Assembly (NCBI GenBank): GCA_951406725.2
Contig: OX597834.1
Coordinates: 45,942,001 to 46,006,000 of the forward strand
Reading direction: 5' to 3'
DNA from: Octopus vulgaris
Taxonomy: Eukaryota
Length of the DNA stretch: 64,000 bases
The number at the start of each line of letters is the position of its first letter. Within the stretch, counting starts at the first letter, position 1. Positions 58,733 through 64,000 of the stretch are shown one piece after another. The notes under the pieces were generated by a model. That model ran no database searches. It had not been told where the DNA came from and saw nothing but the letters and a program-made list of their open reading frames with translations. The translations under genes and the position numbers were made by a program.

Positions 58733-58745
58733 CATTATTATTATT

Positions 58746-58778
<33 letters not shown>

Positions 58779-59200
58779 GATGTTATTATTATTATTATCA
58801 TCATCATCATTATCATCGTCATAGTTGTTGTCGTTGTCGCCGTCGCCGTCATCATCATCATCATCATGGTATTTATATTATCTTTCTTCAGCTTCTACGT
58901 CGTCTTCATCTTCTTCCCTTCTTTCCCCTTCCCCTCCTCATCCCTCTCCTCCTCCACCCCCTCCGATCGTCATACTTCCTAATCTTCAATTTCTTCTTCT
59001 TCTTCATATTCTCTCGAATATTCCTCCTGTGTCGTGCACATGTTAGCCTCTTTCGCCATTGTTGTTTTTGTTGCTGCTGTTGTTGTTCGTGGTGTTGCAG
59101 TTGTTGCTGTAGTAGTAATTGTTGTTGTTGTGTAATCTTTGAATTCTTTCTTCTCCAATGCTGCCAACAATGACCAATAAGCATCATTAGAATTCTATAG

Positions 59201-59214
59201 GTTGCTATGGTAAC
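59201..59214. promoter_or_regulatory. RFX X-box motif GTTGCTATGGTAAC
   Basis: 14-bp match to the GTYNCY-AT-RGNAAC consensus, about 25 bp from a CCAAT, in a short non-repetitive, relatively CpG-rich island. Confidence 0.55.
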
Positions 59215-59498
59215 GGTCAGTCGTACAAGAACAGCTGCCGCTCACTCGACTCTTTGCATCGCAGCAGACGCTTTCCTTCCTATGTTTCACTCTTTTTCTC
59301 TTCTAAGATGTTTTGTCTCTCTCTACACGTAGCTCGGTGTAATTGTGTGTGTATGGGAATGTTACTGCGCGCGCACGTGTGCGTATGTATGTATGTGTGT
59401 ATGCATGCATGCATGTATGTATGTGTGTGGGTGCATATATATGTGTGTGTGTGTATGTGTGTGTTTAGGTGTATTGTGGGTGTGTGTGTGTGCATGTG

Positions 59499-59552
<54 letters not shown>

Positions 59553-59560
59553 TCGATAGT

Positions 59561-59612
<52 letters not shown>

Positions 59613-59639
59613 AACAGAGAGAGAGATCATATTGATTAA

Positions 59640-59830
59640 GTATTTCAGTCATTGGAGTGCGGTCATCCTGTAGGATATAGTCGAACCATTCGACAGCATA
59701 CTTGGTCTGGCACTAATTCCATCGGTGTTTTTTGCCGAACCACTAGGGATATGACATAGTAGAAGTTATTTACCGAAGGTTCCACGCAATGGGAGTGAAC
59801 CCGGAACCCTGTAGTTTGGAAGAAAACGTC
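59640..59830 (-). mobile_element. SINE family B, diverged and internally deleted
   Basis: TTTCAGTCATTGGAGTGCGGTCAT..TTTTGCCGAACCACTA..CCACGCAATGGGAGTGAACCCGGAACC. Confidence 0.75.
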
Positions 59831-60134
59831 TTATCATTTAGCGGCAACTGCTACTTGATAGATACATGCATGTGCGCGCGCGCGTGTGTGAACCAGTGTG
59901 TTATATGATGATATTGATATTACGACTACACACTTGCCTTCCTCAATCATCAGACAAAGTTGGTCATGGATTTTGTTTTCCGATTTATTATCGGACATAG
60001 TTTCTGGCGTCGCATTACGAGTTTCAACAAAGTTTTCAGTGGATATTTCACTCCAAATTAATACTGAATTTTGTTGATACAAGTTATTTATACATATGTA
60101 TTGCGTTGATAAGAATCAAGTCGGTGAAGTTTAC

Positions 60135-60176
60135 GTTTGTTGGCAACATTGGAGAAGAAAGAATTCAAAGATTACA
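60135..60176. repeat. Inverted copy (39/40 identity) of 59131-59170 flanked by 9-bp direct repeat GAAGTTTAC
   Basis: 60137-60176 is the reverse complement of 59131-59170 with one mismatch. GAAGTTTAC at 60126-60134 and 60177-60185. Confidence 0.93.
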
Positions 60177-60787
60177 GAAGTTTACCCTTGTGGAAATTGT
60201 TTTAAAATATTGTAAACTCAAGAATGTCTACGAATACAAAAGGATTAGAAAGAACGTGTGTGAATATTGTAGTTTAAATTCTTAAGTATTTCACTGGTGG
60301 TGTTGTAATATTGTGGTGTTAAAGGTGATACTTACATAAGTGCCAGCATTTAGTGAAGTATTTTTACAAACATTACATTCGGTAAAGACATTTGTGATGA
60401 AATATATTCGCCGAAAATCTATAATTTATTAACCTTAAATCAGCGGAGAACTTATTCACTCTACAGTCATAAAAACATGCCATTGTCTCTAAAGACAAAA
60501 TATTTGTGAATCTGTATATGCGTATCGAAGTATCCGTATGTATGCAAGTGGAATGGTGCTGAACATGTACATGATTGGTTCTGTCTCTGTAATTATATTA
60601 TTCTATTCTTTTACTCGTTTCAGACATAATAAATTTCTTTAAGTGTTAACGGTTCCCAGAAGAAACGTAAATATAACGGTAAAAACAGGGAGATAAGCGA
60701 ATCTATCACACACACACACACACGCACACACACGCACATACACATACATCATACACACACACAAAAGTGTGGGTGTGTGAGTGTGTG

Positions 60788-60930
60788 AAGGTGCGTCACC
60801 CGGTGGTTAAAGCGTTGCACTCACGAAATTAAGATCGTAGTTTCAATTCCCACATCAGCTGCACATTGTGTTTTGAGCTAAACAGTTCATTTCACGTTGC
60901 TGCAGTTCACTCAAATGCAGACTGATAAGT
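60788..60930 (+). mobile_element. SINE family C 5' part
   Basis: GAAGGTGCG..GGTGGTTAAAGCGTTGCACTCACG..GTTTCAATTCCC..TTCATTTCACGTTGCTGCAGTTCACTCA. Confidence 0.65.
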
Positions 60931-61358
60931 TTGCACCAATCAGAAGTTTGTACCAATCACGTGGTCTAGCCAATGGCGTAGCATCATTTATAAAGCTAAA
61001 ACGATGAAAAGTGCATTTTGACCAGCGATATATGAAAAGCTCCCATTGACTGGTCGATCCCTGAATTACGAGATTTAGAATAAATATTTGTATTATATAT
61101 GTGTGTGCGTGTGTGTGTGTGCGTGTGTGTACACATATGTATATATACATATGTATGTATGTATATATATATATATATATATAAACTTTTGTATGTTTCA
61201 GTGACTGGAATGCCACCACCCTGGACCAGTGCCTTGCAGCTTTTTAACCGAGGAAATCTTATTTTCTAAACTTAGCTACTACTCCATCGAACTCCATTGT
61301 CACACTGGCAACATCGATTATCAAATTCTCAATTGTATGCATATAAATATACATATAC

Positions 61359-61443
<85 letters not shown>

Positions 61444-62047
61444 AATACATACATGCATGCACACACGCACACACATAGATATAAATTACTACTCATGCTT
61501 CTTGAAATTAATCAATTTTCTAAAATGCATAATTAACTGCAAAATATAAAGTGCATACGTTACGCTTAAGAACCATAGTGAGTTGGTGAGTTATGATGCG
61601 TGCGTGCGTACGTACCTGTATGTGTATGTGTGTTACTAAGAATCCTTGCACAAGACTGAAATAAATCAGGAGTGGTAGATCAAGGAAATGATTGTTTTTG
61701 CTACGAGCGATTCTGTTTTACGAAGTCTTTATGTTTATTATATTTCCCAGCCTTACTGTCTGTGTTTTAACTCTCATTTGCTAATCTCTTCTCTCTTGCA
61801 GTGACTATCTCTCGACCTATCTTTCAGTCTGCACATCTCACGATTTATCTATTTATTTGTTTATTCATTTATGTGTCTGTTTTTTCTGCCTGCCTGTGTA
61901 TATATATTAAATAAAATTTCACTTTGACTCTCTTTTCTTCTCCCTTTGAATCAGCTAATATTGAACTACGCCTCTCTGTGTATGAGCATATATAAATATA
62001 TAGATGTGTGTGTGTGCATGCACATATCTATACGTATATATATACGC

Positions 62048-62094
<47 letters not shown>

Positions 62095-62615
62095 CACATA
62101 CGCACAGACGAAAGCGTACATATATTTATATACAGATAGACACATAGAATTCTCTATGGAACGTGATCGAGGAACAAGTGCCTACGTGGAATGATTGTGT
62201 GGATATAATTAATAAAATGTCTGTGTGTTCTAGACGTTGTATATGGTATGCTAGCTAGCAGGACTTTAACGTAGCCATCATGTATCAGATGATGGTTACA
62301 ATATAGAAAGCTAGATAGCAATCAGTACACGTCACATGACTATTTGCGCATTCAACGCATCACTTATATTCCCATAGACAAGTCAAGCTAAAAATTATAG
62401 CAATTCTCTTTTCTCTTCTCTCATTGTCTGTCTCTGTCTCTCTCTTTCTTTCTCACTCTATCACACACCCGCGCACACACCTACAAACACAGAAACATAC
62501 TCATATCAACATATACATACAAATGCTCATACGCACACAGACGCAAAGTGGTTTTCGAAAGAGAAAAGCAAAGAATTGTACAATTATGTATATGCATACA
62601 AGCACATTTACATTA

Positions 62616-62663
<48 letters not shown>

Positions 62664-62785
62664 GTGTATGAGTTCATGTTAATGTATGTATAGCGATAGA
62701 TAGACAACTATATACAAGATGGAAAGGTATATATGAATGGATGTGTGTAATGGTTGAGACTATATAGATATATTTACATATATGT

Positions 62786-62830
<45 letters not shown>

Positions 62831-62864
62831 CATATGTGTGTGTGTATTTTATTATTTTATTATT

Positions 62865-63065
62865 TTAATTGTTTCAGTCATTTGAGTGTGGCCATGCTGG
62901 AGCACCGCATTTAGTCGAGCAAATGAACCCAGGACTTAATCTTTGTAAGCCTAGTGCTTATTCTATCGGTCTCTTTCTCCGAACCACTAAGTTATGGGGA
63001 TGTAAACGCACCAGCATCGATTTCCAAATGATGATGCTGGGTAGACAAACACAGATACACAAACA
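62865..63065 (-). mobile_element. SINE family B 3' half
   Basis: GTTTCAGTCATTTGAGTGTGGCCATGCTGGAGCACCGC..TTCTATCGGTCTC..GTAAACGCACCAGCATCG. Confidence 0.9.
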
Positions 63066-63072
63066 TTTACAC

Positions 63073-63128
<56 letters not shown>

Positions 63129-63253
63129 CTTAATGGAGTGAGCAAATTCTTTTACATCAATTTACAATTGTTTCATCAACATTCGACCTGGAAAATGTTG
63201 CTATATTATTGTATGACATGTTTCACTATGGATTTCTCGAGGGATTTGCGGTG

Positions 63254-63311
63254 GATCATTCTATGATCTTGATCATTCTATGATCTTGATCATTCTATGA
63301 TCTTGATCATT
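63254..63311 (+). repeat. 17-bp minisatellite (GATCATTCTATGATCTT) x3.4
   Basis: Three perfect units plus a partial unit. Confidence 0.95.
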
Positions 63312-64000
63312 TGTCAGTTACTATGAATGCTAGAATGGAGAATTATTAATTTTATTTTATTCCTATTTTTCTTCTTTCAGAACTTTTCTTGTTTTATTTT
63401 CATGGTTCACGCAAGTAGTGACACGGGAATTATGATCGAGATCCCGGTGCGTAGTAATATCTTTTAGTCTGTGAGGTGTGCTGACACATTAATTACTTCT
63501 CTTTTTCTATCTCCTGCATTAGTATATACTTAGGCGTCTAGGTGCATGTAGAAGTCTGGCTGCTGGATTTAGTAATAACTAACGCTGACTTCTCTACTAA
63601 CAACTATACAGGCTGCCAGCGTACGTTACAACCCTACAACCCTACGAAAGTAATGTCTCAGATGCCTGTCGTTTAAAACGAATAAATATACACATGCTAT
63701 TACCTAAGTATAGGATTTATACATTTTCTGCACTAGAGAACGATATAATCTGCTCATTTATTCAATTGTTTTATGTTTATCTTTTCCACTATTCCTTCTC
63801 ATAAGTATTGAACGGCGGATTTAAATTGTGGTTTATTCTGTATTTATTACTTTTTTACGTTTTATTATATTATTTTATTTCCTGGTTTTTATTTGTGACA
63901 TGCATGTGTGTCAATCTAAACACACCTACTTGCTACAGGTATAAATTGGTGAGAAAATATATTCAGGATTCTGATGTGCTCATATTCGATTGCTGCGATA

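Noticed and set aside
63254-63311. CRISPR-like repeat array
   Set aside because: Direct tandem units without spacers, in eukaryotic DNA.

Overview
AT-rich, microsatellite-saturated, apparently intronic or intergenic eukaryotic DNA. The repeat complement (two abundant tRNA-headed SINE families, Dong/R4, Tx1, RTE and CR1-group LINE remnants, very dense (TA)n/(CA)n/(GATA)n/(TATG)n arrays) resembles an octopus or other coleoid cephalopod genome; this is inference, not a database result. Almost all ORFs in the supplied track are translations of microsatellites, and I could not support any intact host CDS. Four observations stand out. (1) A swarm of short inserts, mostly in or next to (TA)n arrays, carries minimal type-I hammerhead ribozyme cores with palindromic helix III; the best are at 46801, 48658, 51271 and 43550, plus more decayed ones. 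(2) Three or four fold-back palindromes with a one-sided tail are also embedded in (TA)n. Together (1) and (2) look like (TA)n-targeted Penelope-like or retrozyme-like elements. (3) A 40-bp inverted templated insertion with a 9-bp flanking duplication copies sequence next to a perfect RFX X-box promoter candidate about 1 kb away, creating a dsRNA duplex with a single A.C mismatch. (4) A non-autonomous Helitron and a hAT MITE retain intact junction signatures. All coordinates and pairings were read by eye.
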